NCBI GenBank assembly: GCA_951406725.2
Contig: OX597817.1
Location: 81,282,001 to 81,346,000 of the forward strand
Source: Octopus vulgaris
Lineage: Eukaryota
Direction of reading: 5' to 3'
Length of the DNA: 64,000 nt
How positions within the stretch are numbered: position 1 is the stretch's first letter; every line of letters starts with the position of its first letter. Shown here in pieces: positions 14,390 to 28,474 of this stretch. The notes beneath the pieces are model-generated. The model worked only from the letters and a program-made list of their open reading frames with translations, did not search any database and was not told the origin of the DNA. The position numbers and the translations under genes are program-made.

Positions 14390-14600
14390 GTTTCAAATTT
14401 TAGTACAAGGCCAGCAATTTCAGGGTAGGAGTAGGTCAATTACATCGACCCCAGTGCTCAACTGGTACTTATTTCATCGACCTCGAAAGGATGAAAGGTA
14501 AAGTCAACCTTGGTAGAATCTGAACTCAGGCCATAAAGATGGATGAAATGCCACTAAACATTTTGCTCAATCTGCTAACAGTTGTACCAACTCACCACCT
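14390..14600 (-). mobile_element. SINE of a second family (copies also near 13635-13860, 15020-15225, 17727-17935, 19870-20050, 50390-50595)
   Basis: Shared core gagttcaaattc...ggtcgactttgcctttcatcctttc...aagtaccag recurs at these loci. Confidence 0.75.
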
Positions 14601-14648
14601 TAACAACAAGAATAATAATAATAAAGAATAATAATAGTAATAGTTCAC

Positions 14649-14951
14649 CTGAAGACTGAACTCATCTCCACATTCTGTACACATGAGGCTTTCTTCTTTT
14701 ACATGCAGCATGATATGAGCTTTGAAGCTAGCAATCCGAGTAAACGTTATACCACATTCAGGACACGTTGGCTGCCGGTCATCATTCTGTGGATGTGTGG
14801 CCATGTGAAGCTTTAAATTGTCTTCAACATTAAAGGAATCGGTACAGTGTGTGCAACGATATGGCTTGTCTTCTTTATGCGTCTTGCTATGACGCTGTAA
14901 CTGATTCCATTTGGGAAAGTTTTTATCACAGCTTTTACATTGATAGGGACC
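14649..14951 (-). CDS. ZNF236: ZNF236-like coding exon 3 (GPYQCKSC...CTECGDEFSLQ; three full C2H2 fingers plus a partial one)
   Basis: 303 bp, phase 0/0, ttccag| and |gtgaac; lies within ORF 14592..14978. Confidence 0.95.
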
Positions 14952-15785
14952 CTGGAATAGAAGATAAAGAGAGATCAAAAATAAGAAAAATGAAAGGGGG
15001 GAAAAAAATAAACTCAGTCAATGATTTCAAATTTTGGCACCAGGCCAGCAATTTGGAGGATAGTGGAGAAATCAATGCATCAATTCCAGTGCTCCATTGA
15101 TACGTTATTTTATTGACCCTAAAAGAATGAAAGGCAAAATTGACCTTCGCTGAATTTGAGCTCAGAACACAAAGCTGAAAGAAATACCCTTAAATATTTA
15201 GGCCAGCATGCTGACAATTCTGTTAGTGGTCTCACTTTGTAACACCTTGGGCAAGCATCTTCTACTACAGCCCCAGGCTGACCATAGCTTTGTGAATGTA
15301 TTTTGTATTTGGAAACTGAAAGAAGCCTGTTGTGTGTGTATGAGTGTGTGAGTTTGTGTGTTTGTGTGTGTGTGCTTGTGTTTGAGTGTACTATGTTGAG
15401 ACATTACGTAATGATTGTAAATAAGCATAACTGTCATACAAGCAAGGTTATTTGTTTCCAGTCTTTCATGAAAAACATGTTAGCTAAGAAAAAAATATTG
15501 CTTGGAAACAGGTAAAGGATGGCAATAGGAAGGGCATCCAGTAATAGAAAACCTGCTTCAACAAATTCCACCTGACTCATGAAAGTAAAGATAAATGGAC
15601 GTTAAATGACAATGATGATGATGATGAAGGAGTAAGAGAAAGATGGCAAAAAAAAAAAAACAAGAGAGAGGGAGAGCAAGATAGAAAAAGAAAGGCAGGG
15701 AATAAGAGGGAAGAAAAGCAAAATCAAGTGTGTGAGAGAAACAGAGATAGAATGTGTAGTTTAGTTTACATAACATGAGACTTAC

Positions 15786-16051
15786 TTTTCCAACAGGAGG
15801 CTTGACACTAATGACTTCATTAGCTGAAGGCACTGGTTGAGGTTGTTCAAAGAACAAAGGAGTGAAGACACTGGTAACTTCTGCATGGTTAGTGGCAATC
15901 TCCCCAAAGACAACGGTATGTGAAATTTCCTGACACAAATCAGATGCTGTCTGTTTTGAACCAATTGGAACTCCATCTTCTTGACTGACAAATGTTACAG
16001 TACCTCCTTGAACAACCGTGTCTGCAACTTGGTTGAGGTATTGTGTGTAAT
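15786..16051 (-). CDS. ZNF236: ZNF236-like coding exon 2 (YTQYLNQVAD...VKPPVGK)
   Basis: 266 bp, phase 1/0, polypyrimidine-tcttag| and |gtaagt; open frame. Confidence 0.8.
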
Positions 16052-16519
16052 CTAAGAAAGAGAGAAAAAAATGGAAATATTAAAAAATAATCTGATGGTT
16101 TGAGAATTAGCATTGAAATTTAGTAAGAGAAGGAAAAGGCAGCAGTCTCTATGATCTTGGTAGGCTCACTGATATTTCTATATAGGCTAGACATGTGGAA
16201 ATATTGCCTTGATTAGAAATAGGTAAGGGTTAGCAACAGGAAGGACATTTAGCTGTAGAAAATCTGCTCCAGTAAATTCTGTTTAACCATGCAAAAAAAC
16301 GGGAAAGTATTCATTAAAATTATATATATATATAGTGTGTGTGTGTGTGCGTACGCAAACCGATTAGTCAGCATTTTCCACAGATATAAATTTTTTAATT
16401 CTTATAACATCAAGGTTAACTATTCATGCTTAGGTAATATATCTTTCAATCCAACACTGCACACTACAACAGAATTAAACATGCACATTCTCTCTTTTAC
16501 TCTCTCCACCAATAGTTTA

Positions 16520-16915
16520 CAATAAATCCGACCAACTGCCCATTAAGAGAACCCTATCTCTCAAAGGGTGTGGGCTATAGTGCCATCCCCACACCACCTC
16601 ATGACCTCATGAGGCACTACATGGATATGACAGGCAATGACTTTCCAGAGAGGTACACCCAACATATGCCCCTTTTCAGGTGTACAGACAATGAAAAACT
16701 CCACTTCCCAGGATCATGGAAACAACTTTCCCAACATCAGATGCAACGTCCTTGATAGGGCCCCAGCAAGTGTTTTTAATTGCCAACTTTCTTGTGAGAA
16801 AATGCATACTCAGGCAACCTGCAGCATGTACCAAAAGAAAAACCAAGCTAACTGACTGCTGTTCTCTAAGATATGCCCTGTTAATGAACTTTAAGCCATT
16901 GGCCACCAAGAAGAA
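16520..16915 (+). mobile_element. Highly decayed Penelope-like GIY-YIG endonuclease remnant
   Basis: HYMDMTGNDFPERYTQH and NIRCNVLDRAP parallel the YMGLTEGNFKARFNNH and NIRWKILAK motifs of the element at 58 kb. Confidence 0.55.
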
Positions 16916-17160
16916 ATACTATGCTGAGCTGACAACACATTATTACAGGGCATATAATCCCTGCTGCCTGTAAAGAAATTATTGTTCTCTATCAACCAGC
17001 AGGATTTTTCAATTTGCCACATTTTGGCAAACAAGTCTTAAATCAATGATTGATAGCAATTTGGATGGAGGAAGGAAAGAACAGCAGTTTCTTGTTTTTT
17101 TTAAAAAGAAATTATTTCCAGACAAAGGTGCCGAATATTTCAATAAATCCTATCATTTAA

Positions 17161-17379
17161 CCCTTTGGCATCAGATTGCTTTGTCAACTGTAATGTTTAA
17201 TTAAACACATTGTTTTTAATTAATCATCTATTATCTCATAGCTTTGAGATTTTGAAGATGTTACAATATATTATTAGAATGATATTGTAGGGTTGGTGTG
17301 AGAGGCTGAATATGACAGATTTGCACATAAAACAGGTAGAATCTTTGGGTTAGATATGGCCTGTTTAAATGCTAAAGGG
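17161..17379. mobile_element. piggyBac-type MITE (family copies at 18829-19052, inverted, and 29156-29333)
   Basis: Termini ccctt(t)agcatt...aatgctaaaggg bordered by TTAA or near-TTAA; internal homology among the three copies. Confidence 0.7.
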
Positions 17380-17963
17380 ATAATGTTTAACCCATGCTAG
17401 GATGAATTGGATAGTTTGACAGAATGCAATGAGCCAGAGTACTGCACTGGGCTCCAATGTTTACTTTGACAAGCTTTTTATGACTGAATGCCCCTTCTAA
17501 TATCAACCACTTAACTGAATGTACTGGGTGCTTTTGTGATTGGTACCAGCATTAGTGAGGTTACCAAGTAACTCATGAGACAAGACCCCTTTGGCTACAC
17601 AGGAACGTGATATTGAGAGAGGTGGTTTTATATCAAATATTGAGAAGCTAAAGTATGATACAGGGACAGGTATCTGGCTGTTGAAGAAATGCATAGCTAT
17701 TTACTCATTATTATCACATTAATAAAGGTAACAAGCTGGCAGAATCATTAGCATGCCAGGCAAAATGCTTAGCAGCATCTCATTCGTCTTTACATTTTGA
17801 GTTCAAATTCCACCCAGGTCGACTTTGCCTTTCATTCTTTTAGCATTGATAAATTAAGTACTAGTGAAACACTAGGGTCGATGTAATCGACTAGTTCCCT
17901 TCCCCCAAAATTTCAGACCTTGTACCTTTAGTAGAAATGATAATAATAATAATAATAATAATA

Positions 17964-18210
17964 GTGTCAACTACTGTTGGGTCCTTAGGACAGTATTAGA
18001 AGGCATCAAGAAGAATATAAAGGAAAGCAGAATAGAGTGCTCAACAAAGCTGTTACAAAAGGTTTGCCTCCTTGCCATGGCCAGAATAATCAGAAAAGTA
18101 TTAGATAGTTGAAAAGAACAGAGAGTATGGTACTGTAGGGTGCAGACAGCAAGCCCACTACACATGCAAGACTCCAGGAGTTTCAACAAAACCTGAGTTT
18201 GAAAAAAAAA
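17964..18210 (+). mobile_element. 5'-truncated R4/Dong-like non-LTR element in a (TAA)n repeat
   Basis: Translates ...LLQKVCLLAMARIIRKVLDS*, typical of R4-clade C-termini; (TAA)n on both flanks. Confidence 0.65.
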
Positions 18211-19667
18211 TAATAATAATAACCATGAATGCCCTGATGCAGTACCAGGTAGTAGTTCTCATGGCTTTTGAACTTAACTGATTGGATGTTTTATCATGTA
18301 CATGCTTTGTTTTGGTATAAGAGATGGGCTACAGCAAATATTCTGCTCAATACTACAGATTTGCTTGTCAGTTGTTTGACCTTAACCAGTTGAGCTTGTA
18401 CTTTGATGGTTGACAATATGTGCATCTTTGATCATGAGTAGAAGTAGTGGAGGAGCTTCATAGCCATCTGTTGAGAGAAATTCTTTGACATTTGAATATT
18501 GAGTAGTCTCAATAACACTACTCATTTCTGACATTTCTGCTGTTATTGCTCCCTATCCAAATTCCCTTCTCAGTCTACACACCATAGGTTATTAAGTTAG
18601 TATTGGGGCAACAAGAAAATACACCCAGTATACACTGTTAAACGGTTAGTAATAGGAAGGGCATCCACCCCTAGAAATGAAGCCAAAATAACACACACAA
18701 GCACGTCTTTAGGAGCAATAGCTCCAAATAAGAAATGAATCAGATTATGACGACTCATCCAACCCATGCCAACATGGAAAGTAGACAATGATAACAATGA
18801 TATCAATCCCTGAGAAATAAAAGTTTAATCCTTTAGCATTTAAACCAGCCATATCCAACCCACATGTACCACTTGTTTTATTTTCTAACCAACCAGCCAG
18901 ATCCAGCCTATCACACCTATCCTTCAGTGCCATTCTAAAAATATACAATCACATCATCAAAATTTCAAAGCTAAGAGATTATACATGATTAATTAAAAAC
19001 TATTTGAATGGAAAAGCATTACACTTGACAGAATAATCTGAATGTTAAAGGGTTAAATGAACCCCAAAATTATTGGAACTCAGAAACAAGATGAACCGCA
19101 ATGTTGGAAAAAAAATTACACTGTCCTAGTCAGTGTTTGATTTACACATGGTGTAAGCAGAAAGGTTAGGGGATCCCTACGTTAATTTTTTTTTAATCAC
19201 ATTAGATTTCATAAAAACTGAAAACATTTGAAAGCATTTTGAGTCCCCTCCTGATTGAGTTGCCTTAAACTGTGGTTTGTTTTGGTGCATGCTTAAGTTT
19301 GACACTAATCCTTTGACAATATATCTGAGCCTTCAAAATTTTTTTTAATAAAAGGGCTTTAAGTTGTAGCTTGCTTTAGCTCATGATTAAGTCCAAATCC
19401 ATTAAGCCACTCCAATATCTTAGTATGAAGGAGGTCGGCATAGTGGTTAAAGTATTCAGCTTATGGAAATGAATTCGTGTGTTGAAACAAACTTTGTTGT
19501 GTCCTAGGAGAATCATTACGCCAATAATAATACACGCACAGGCTCAATTCCACTTCTTTATGGACTAACAATAAAAAAGTGAAATTGATTTCGAGCGTGT
19601 ATTATTATTACTGACGTAATGATTCACCCAAGACACATCGCTCACTCTCTCTCTCTCTCTCATTCGC

Positions 19668-19711
<44 letters not shown>

Positions 19712-20604
19712 ATTTTATATCTATTTATACACACACAAATATATATGAATGTCTCTAGGCGTGTATATTTGCGTATGTGTTTGTGTATTATTGCAGTATT
19801 TTAGTTACTGTACGATGTTGTAGTATTATAAACTAAATTGTATTTTAAAGCAATATTTGTATCATATGGGAGGCGACGAACTAGAAGAATCGTTAACACG
19901 CCAGGCAAAATGCTTAGCAGTAGTTCATCCGTCTTTACATTCTGAGTTCAAATTCTATCGAGGTCGGCTTTGCCTTCCATCCTTTCACTGGGAGCCAATG
20001 TAATCAACTTATTTATTCCCTACCCGGAAATTTCAGGCCTTCTGCTAAAATATGAAAATAATATTCGTGTTTTAGTTACCCTCAAAGCAAAATAGAGAAC
20101 CGATTATTTACAAGTAATACTCTTCGGGAAAGGTATAAACAGCTCCCTACTGAGATTATCTCATAAACAAAATTAAAACTGGTGATAAGTAAGAGAGAGA
20201 GAAAGATGTGTTAGGGTTTGTGTATATCTCTTTGTTCCTTTACCACCGTACCCACCCCTTTATCGTTGTGTATTGTTTACAGTGTTAATGTAATACATTT
20301 CATCTCGTTCTGAATGCTGTTAGAGAAGTATAGAAACGAATGTTGAACTTTTCGTATCTTTCTTATGCACCCTACACATTCTTATTAAACCCCCAAATCT
20401 ATATTGATTGAGTAGATCTATAACCAAAAACGTTCTAATCATGATCATTCCTTCTTTTCTCTAATTTTTTTCAATGCCAGTCTACCATCTTAAACAAAAT
20501 AACGGAAGTGCCGTTTGAATAATGGGTAATTATTTTGGGTTTACATAGGGTAAATTGAAAACCAAAATATTGACGTTCACTTTTTCACTTGCATGCAAAA
20601 TTAT

Positions 20605-21238
<634 letters not shown>

Positions 21239-21239
21239 T

Positions 21240-21545
21240 CATCATCATCATCATCGTTTAACGTCCGTTTTCTATGCTAGCATGGGTTGGACGGTTCGAC
21301 CGGGGTCTGGGAAGCCAGGAGGCTGCACAAGGCTCCGGTCTGATCTGGCAGTGTTTCTACAGCTGGATGTCCTTCCTAACGCCAACCACTCCGTGAGTGT
21401 AGTGGGTGCTTTTTACGTGCCACCGGCACAGGTGCCAGACGAGGCTGGCAAATGGCCACGATCAGTTGGTGCTTTTTACGTGCCACCAGCACAGGTGCCA
21501 GGGGAGGCTGGAAAATGGCCATGATCAGATGGTGCTTTTTATGTG
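21240..21545 (-). mobile_element. SINE/RTE-tail repeat (inverted relative to 8156-8520)
   Basis: Direct sequence match to the reverse complement of 8156-8520. Confidence 0.75.
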
Positions 21546-22027
21546 CATGGGTTCTGCTCTTTTTGTATCGGTTAAGTTCTCTTGGCTGCTATAGATAAGG
21601 TTGGACAATTATGCTGATAGCAGCTGTTGGGCCAGAGACACTTATCCACAACTCTCCTCTGGTCTCAAGACAGTGGGCCTGTCCCTTTTCTTAATGGCAT
21701 GTTAGCTTTGGAGAGTTCTTGGTTCTTAGGGTTGTCTCTTCTCATACACAGAGCTGGTCTTAATTACCATTTGGTAATAGTGATATATCCTCTAAATGGA
21801 GATATCATTTTAATAAACCAAAAATTTATGTTGTATAGTATTTGATATACCTGTATTTGCCTGTTGTTTGAGTGCATACTGTTAACCACTCTTTTTCTTC
21901 CATCTCCTGTTTTTTTTTATTTAAACTGTACTCAATGGTTCCCTATTCTTCTCTATGCTCCATCTACACTATTGACAAGAGAATGGAGAACTGCTACTTG
22001 AAGTCGCAGACCAACTTAATTTATACA

Positions 22028-22063
<36 letters not shown>

Positions 22064-22544
22064 CATATATATATGTATATATATACATATATACATACAT
22101 ATATATATATATATAGATAGATAGATAAATATATACACACACATATGTAGTTAAAGAGAAAGAAAAAAGCATGCTTTTTTGTTCACCATTCAACATGCTT
22201 CTAACTTGCATACATATACACACAATGTGAAACACCTGAACACATTATCTGTGACGTGTCCTGAGATCATTAATCATTTTGGGTCTTTCAACATCAGACA
22301 CCCTCATCCAAGATTGACCAAGCCCTAGCTTGTGTTAGCACTGCCCTTACCAAAGCTCACACCTCTTGACCCACAGCCAATCTGATAGCCTTCTGCTAAC
22401 TGGCCCCTGCAATGCCAAGCATGTTATAATCTCTGCAGAGGGACTGGTTTGAAAACCATCTGCATCTCAACTTCATCAGATCACACCTTGCTTGTCACAC
22501 ATTGCTTCCATGTAGCTCCACCTGCTCCAACATATTTTCTTTTC

Positions 22545-22903
22545 TTATTACCTCTGCCTTACCAAAGGCAGAGGTATTGTTTTCAGTCATGTTTGTTTGT
22601 TTTTCCATGGACAACATATCTCAAGAACCACTGGATGAGTTCGGATGAAACTTTCAGGGATGTTTGGCCTCATGACTGGCACGAACTGATTAGATGTTGA
22701 GATCAATCTGAGACCAGACAACGATTCTGGATTATTTTTCCTGTTTTTTTTACTTAATTTTTGAGAGCGGTTGGGTTCATTTTTAGTATTCTCATTTGTG
22801 AGAGCAGTCAAATTTATTTTAGATATTCTCGTTTTAAAAATTATCTTTGGCTAATTGTTGGTGTTGCCTTGGGGGAGGTTTGCCCTCTCTGAGTGCTCTT
22901 GTT
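22545..22903 (+). mobile_element. Non-autonomous Helentron-type (HINE/DINE-like) element
   Basis: 5' ttattacctctgcc..ggcagaggt palindrome, (tgtt)n, 3' subterminal inverted repeat ccttgggggaggt and gc.ctctctgagtgc hairpin; second copy at 32558. Confidence 0.65.
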
Positions 22904-22909
22904 TTCATT

Positions 22910-23478
22910 TGATTCCTAAATGTGGTCCTCTAAAAGAATAGCAAGTTCTAACAGATGCACTTACATAGATGCCTTTGAAATCAGTATCACATCCAGCATT
23001 AGTGATAATGAGGCGACAGTTTCTGGAAGCTTCAGCTACATCCTCAGATCAGCTTTCAGTTCCCAGTTTTATTTTTGCTGTTGCAAGTAGGCCCAAGGTT
23101 GTGGACCTAACAGCTGGCATATTCTTCACACTAGCTCTAATGAAAATAATAAACTTTATTTGATTAAGGAGCCTGTTGAGGCTAATCCCACTTTAGATGG
23201 TGTCTGCTATGATCTTCAAAACCTTGTTATGCCTCCAGCAGTAGCATCCCATCCCAGGGCTTTTGGACAGCTACTGAGAATGTGCTCCAAGCTTCTTCTC
23301 AAGCACAAGGAGCAAGGTGATGACTCCAGCTTTTCCCAGTATAAGTTGGAGGAGCACAAAAAGACATCATAAACTACGAGAATTATGAATTTTATCCAGT
23401 GGAGTTCCACTTTCCAAAGATCAGGCCATGAGACTGTGTGCCACTACTTAGTCCCATCTTAGCCAGGTTTCTTGGCTC
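22910..23478 (-). mobile_element. Decayed HERO/NeSL-group (RLE) non-LTR retrotransposon fragment
   Basis: ORF 23216..23410(-) VYDVF..SNLYWEK..CSLC...SLEHILSSCPKALG is the CCHC knuckle region of RLE elements. Confidence 0.7.
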
Positions 23479-23493
23479 ACAAACATATATGCA

Positions 23494-23535
<42 letters not shown>

Positions 23536-23610
23536 AACAAACAAACAGGCTTCTTTCCATCTTAATCTACTAAATCCATTTACAAGGCTTTAGTTGATCT
23601 GGGGGTTTCT

Positions 23611-23995
23611 TTTTATTCCTTTACTTGTTTCAGTCATTTGACTGCGGCCATGCTGGAGCATTGCCTTTGGTCGAACAAATTGACCCCAGGACTAATTCTT
23701 TGTAAGCTTAGTACTTATTCTACTGGGGATCTTTTGTCGAACTAAGTTATGGGGACGTAAACACACCAATATCGGTTGTCAAGCGATGGTGGGGGATAAA
23801 CTGACGCACAAACATATATATATACGCACACACGACAGGCTTCTTTCAGTTTCCGTCTACCAAATCCACTCACAAGTATTTGGCCAGCCCGAAGCTATAT
23901 TAGAAGACACTTGCCCAAGGCGTCACGCAGTGGGACTGAACCTGAACCATGTGGTCGGTAACCAAGCTACTTACCACACAGCCACTCCTGTGCCT
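23611..23995 (-). mobile_element. tRNA-derived SINE, near full length
   Basis: Head gtggctgtgtggtaag...gttcagtcccactg (A/B-box-like); matches copies at 29562, 33774, 56269 and 62955. Confidence 0.85.
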
Positions 23996-24305
23996 ATAAA
24001 CAGAAGACACTTGTCCAAGGTGCCTTGAAGTGGAACTGAACCTGAGACCACATGATCTTGCCTACATCTAATCACTGGTTATTATTAATCATCACATGGC
24101 GCCGAAATTGTGGTGATGCAGTGGGAAGAGAATCTGTTACCTTGCTACAGACAGATGTATATAGGTTGCTTCTCAGATCACTGAGCTGTATTCTGAAAAT
24201 TGGAGCTTATATATACGAGTATTTGGATGCAGATATTCATATATATGTATGTGTGTGTGCACCTATCTGAATGTAGATATGGAAATACATCTATACATAT
24301 ATATA

Positions 24306-24384
24306 CAGGGTGAGTCAAAATTCTGTTAGCACGAGTACTGAAGAACAGAACAGAAAAGTGTTAACATAATTTTGACTCACCCTG
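24306..24384. mobile_element. 79-bp Tc1/mariner-derived MITE
   Basis: 24-bp TIRs cagggtgagtcaaaatt(c/a)tgtta(g/a); TA on both sides. Confidence 0.85.
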
Positions 24385-25089
24385 TACATATATATATATA
24401 TGCATACATAAATGTAAAAGTTTACTCTCTCTCTCTCAATACACACACACAAACTCAGATCTGTGTGTATCTAAAACACCATCTGTGTAAAGTGGTGACT
24501 GAGAAAAATAAAAGATCGTTAACTGGTTTGTTGTGAGATAGAACATAAGGACCGCCTCTGGGTGCTAAAAGGTGAACGATGATGAACCGGAGGAAGAGAA
24601 TAAGGGGTATAACTGGTTCAGGTTTATAAATTGATCTTTAGCTATGGGAAGCTCTCATTGTTTCTTTTCGGTTCATAAATACCGAAGACGAACTCTGTCT
24701 AACCAGGATGAGATTTGAACTCGGATAGAATACACAATCATAAACAAGGTGCCAGCAAAGTAAGGAGGCAGTTTGCTACCGCCAACGCTGTTGATGTTGT
24801 TTTCGTGGAGTTTTACATACATAAACATGAATATATATGTACGGGAGATACACGTACGTGCATATATACATATACAGAAAAGCACACATACGTACATATA
24901 TACATATACACAAAGGTACACGTACATGCATATATATATATATATATATACGCAAAGATACACGTATATACATAAACACAAATATGTATGCAAGTATAAA
25001 CATATTTGCATGAATGCATTTACGTGTTCGTGTATATGTATATATTCGTGCATTTATATGTGTGTGTGTGTGTACACACGCGTGTGTTG

Positions 25090-25120
<31 letters not shown>

Positions 25121-25481
25121 GCACGAACACAGGAAGAGAATCAATGCTGGAGTGAGGAACGGCGATAATATATTTATATATACAGAAAGAGAGAGAGAGA
25201 GAACATGCGAGGAGCGTATTATTGCGCCCATTGCTAGAACAGAACCCGTAGCTATGGCCGAACTATACAGGGGGAAAAAAATTAGCACCTCCGACGACAC
25301 TATTTTGGGGCACTATTTTCAAAGGTGGTGAAGGCGCACGGTTGTGATGCTTGCTCAAGGAAAAATAAATCGAAGCATGTGTCTATACACAGCTCTTACT
25401 GTTTTTCCACTTTATCCTTAATTTTTCTACTGATTATAGTTTTTTTTTTTAGTTTCCAGTGGTATGTCTATGATGACTTAC

Positions 25482-25533
25482 CTGATACATTTCCAACTGG
25501 GATGTGATCCGTCGACGGTGGTTCTATAGACAT
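25482..25533 (-). CDS. ZNF236: ZNF236-like first coding exon (MSIEPPSTDHIPVGNVS-)
   Basis: ATG at 25533, 52 bp ending G|gtaagt. Phase 1 joins exon 2 (G+AT = Asp). CpG-containing surroundings are consistent with a gene 5' end. Confidence 0.75.
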
Positions 25534-26449
25534 ATTTTTTCTTTTGAAATATTATTCACAAAATGGTGGTTGGTAATGAAAGGGGGAGGGAGAGGCAATA
25601 GAGAAGCTCTCGTCGTCACATCGAGGCTTGGAATACGACTGATGTAAAGGCCCCGGATGACAACTGCAGTTGCTGCTGCTGGCTGTTATTTTTTTTTTTT
25701 TTCCTTTTTGAAATTTTTGGTTGACTTCGGAAGGATTTTATGTAGGAATGGTCTCTGAGGGCTCGCCTTTTAATATCAGCCCCCAATTCTATGATACAAG
25801 CTGTTTTTAAATTATGAAACTTTAAAAAAATCTTCCATCAAAATTTCATGTTAATTTATGTTTCAAACACCGGCTTTATACTGACAAAGTTCTTTTACTA
25901 AATACTTCATTATATTTAAAATTAAATGTAAGACAGGCAATATATTTCAGCAGAAATATGATGATGAAAGGCAGTATTTTGGTAGAGTTTTGGAATTGGT
26001 AGCTCTGAATTATAGTGTCAGGACAAAAAAAAACATGGGTTTCTTGTTAAATTTCTTCTAACCACTTATATTTCAAAATTTCATCACATTATTTTCATGC
26101 TGATGAAAATCGCATTCATTTTTCTAATCAGAAAATTTGGTGAAATTTGATATATTTCAAATGGGTGAAAAAAAAATTAAGATTTATGACATGGAATTGG
26201 GAGAGGTAGAAAAATAGAAACAATTTTAATTTTGTTGGTGAAGAAAATTGGCAAAATTTTGTAAAAGCTATCGTTAAATGGTGGGAAATCTGAAAACTAT
26301 GGAAGTGGAAAGGATGAAAACTGGAATTTGGTGGTTGGGGTGGGGGGAATTCTTCCAGAAGCGTAATCCAGTGACCTGGACTGATATATATACATGTATA
26401 TATAGAGAGAGTTGGGGCAGGAGACATGCATGCATGTAATACCCATGCA

Positions 26450-26990
26450 TTACATTACAGTTACTGAAAAGCCAGAGCCACTGGTAACCTCCATCAGCCA
26501 ATGATAGTCTCTTGCCCTGGAAATAATTAAAAGATGGCAATGTCATTAGCCTCAATATCAGCAAAACTTTAAACTGTATCTGACATGCAAATCTCATGTT
26601 GAAAATGCTTGCGTATGATCACCCATCTCTCAGCTCTTGGATCAGTAGCTTCCTGTAAGATTGCCATGTGCATTGAGAGCTATTTCTGTCTATCATGCAT
26701 CAGGGTTCACTTTTGTCTCCATTTCTCTTCTTTCTAAACATCAATCATGTGTCTGCCACCACATCTAACAATATCCACCCTTATGCAGATCACACACTAC
26801 TCTTTATTTCTCCCAAAAATTCCAGGACTATGTACCATCCCCTTACAACCTAGAAACCACAGATTAAACACACACTAGCTTCTTAGACAGAAACATCCTC
26901 CAATGGGGATATACCAACATTGTCTCTTTCAACAGCAAGAAAAAACAAACACTATTCATATCAAGTAAACGTCATCACACCTGACAGCTC
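26450..26990 (+). mobile_element. Old LINE RT remnant (CR1/Jockey group)
   Basis: Degenerate SLNISKTL, WISSFL, QGSLLSPFLF and HPYAD motifs in RT order. Confidence 0.6.
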
Positions 26991-27149
26991 TTAATTATAA
27001 TTATAAAAACAAATATATGAATTAATGTAGACTTACCATACATTCAATATTTCAGGGTTATGACCCCATTTTCAAGAAACTGATAAATATTGCCAATGTG
27101 CATGTGTGTAGAGTGGACATGCATGGAAAGGTGTTGCTATAACAACCAG

Positions 27150-27995
27150 CTAGCTTACTGTAACTCTCTTCTGTTTTTGATATTTGGTTTTCTTTGGTTA
27201 TGAGGATGGCCACAGAGATTCTAACGTTGCCCCTGTTCTGCTGTGTTGCCTAGATGTGCACTATGAATTCCCTGGCCTGGCATTTCCGTAGATGTTTCTT
27301 CACAAAAGTGTCTGCCTGCATATGTTCCTTTATATGTATATACAGTTTTCTTGTTGTACTTCCTATGTAGGATGCGTCACATTTGCCACATATGGCAAAT
27401 AGGTCCTCCGGTACAATTCAGGGTTATTGATAAGGCAGTTCAATAATGTACACTCCTTGGAGTAGTGAGAGATATTCTTCGTGGACAGAGCTTTTCTCAG
27501 GGAAAGGCTGGTGTGTGCTATCTGTATGTCAAGTCCTTTCCTGCGGACTGCATGTTGTATTGCTGCAGTAGTTCTGTTGTCAAATTGTGGTAGCTTAAGG
27601 AAGCACATGCTAGACTTGGGAGTATGATGGTTCTTCCAGGGTTTATTGACCCTGATGTTTTTCAGGTGCTGTTGTTGGCTAAAGATGATGGGTAGCCATT
27701 CAGGGTTAGGTCTCTGAGAAACTGTTTGGTGTTGATGGCTTTGTTGGTCACTGTGTTGCAATTGTTGTTTATACATGCAATCTCGTTTCTCACGTATGCG
27801 GCATTGGCTCTGGTGGGTAAGGCTGATTGGTAGTGGACAAAAGGTTTCCTGCTTACAGCTTTTCTGTAAAAGTTGGTAAATATGGAGCCTTCCTCTGTGA
27901 TTCTGAGTTGAAAGTCAAGTAGAGAGAGGGTTCTAGATTCGTCTGGATGTTCAATCTCGAATTTGATGTTTATGTCAATGTTATTGAGGATCCAG
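27150..27995 (-). mobile_element. Penelope-like retroelement fragment (RT thumb plus GIY-YIG endonuclease)
   Basis: Hand translation gives ILNNIDINIKFEIEHP..LSLLDF..FYRKA..FVHYQSALP and then CGKCDASYIGSTTRKL..IKEH; frameshifted; begins at a (TA)n. Confidence 0.85.
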
Positions 27996-28013
27996 TGTAT
28001 ATATATATATATA

Positions 28014-28045
<32 letters not shown>

Positions 28046-28316
28046 GCGAAACTATTAAAAGTGAAACTACTTATAACTTACTCTGTCAAAGGTTTCACTT
28101 TTATTTTTTGTGTTTTGAGGCATAATACAGAACTAGTGCCAATGTTGCATTGTTTTAATCAAAAAACGCAAAGTTAGCTTCACTAATTAGCTGTTAGCAG
28201 ATTAGTGGAACTGTGCTCATCACTATATATATAGTCTGCTATTAGTTTTAGTTCATCAAGGATTTAGAGGTTACAGGATTTATTGGGTAAGGTGTTTGCA
28301 AATGGTGGATTTGTAG

Positions 28317-28474
28317 CAGGGGCAGACTGAGCCATCGGTCAATTGGGTACTGCCTGAGGGTCCGGAGCTCTGAGGGGTTCATGCTCTACATGTTAACTCT
28401 ACTAAAACACACATTCAAAGGGGCCTGGTAAACAGCTATGCCTGAGGGCCCTTAATACTTTCAGTCCGTCCCTG
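28317..28474. mobile_element. hAT-type MITE
   Basis: TIRs caggg(g/a)c(a/g)gactga; perfect 8-bp TSD atttgtag at 28309-28316 and 28475-28482. Confidence 0.9.
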
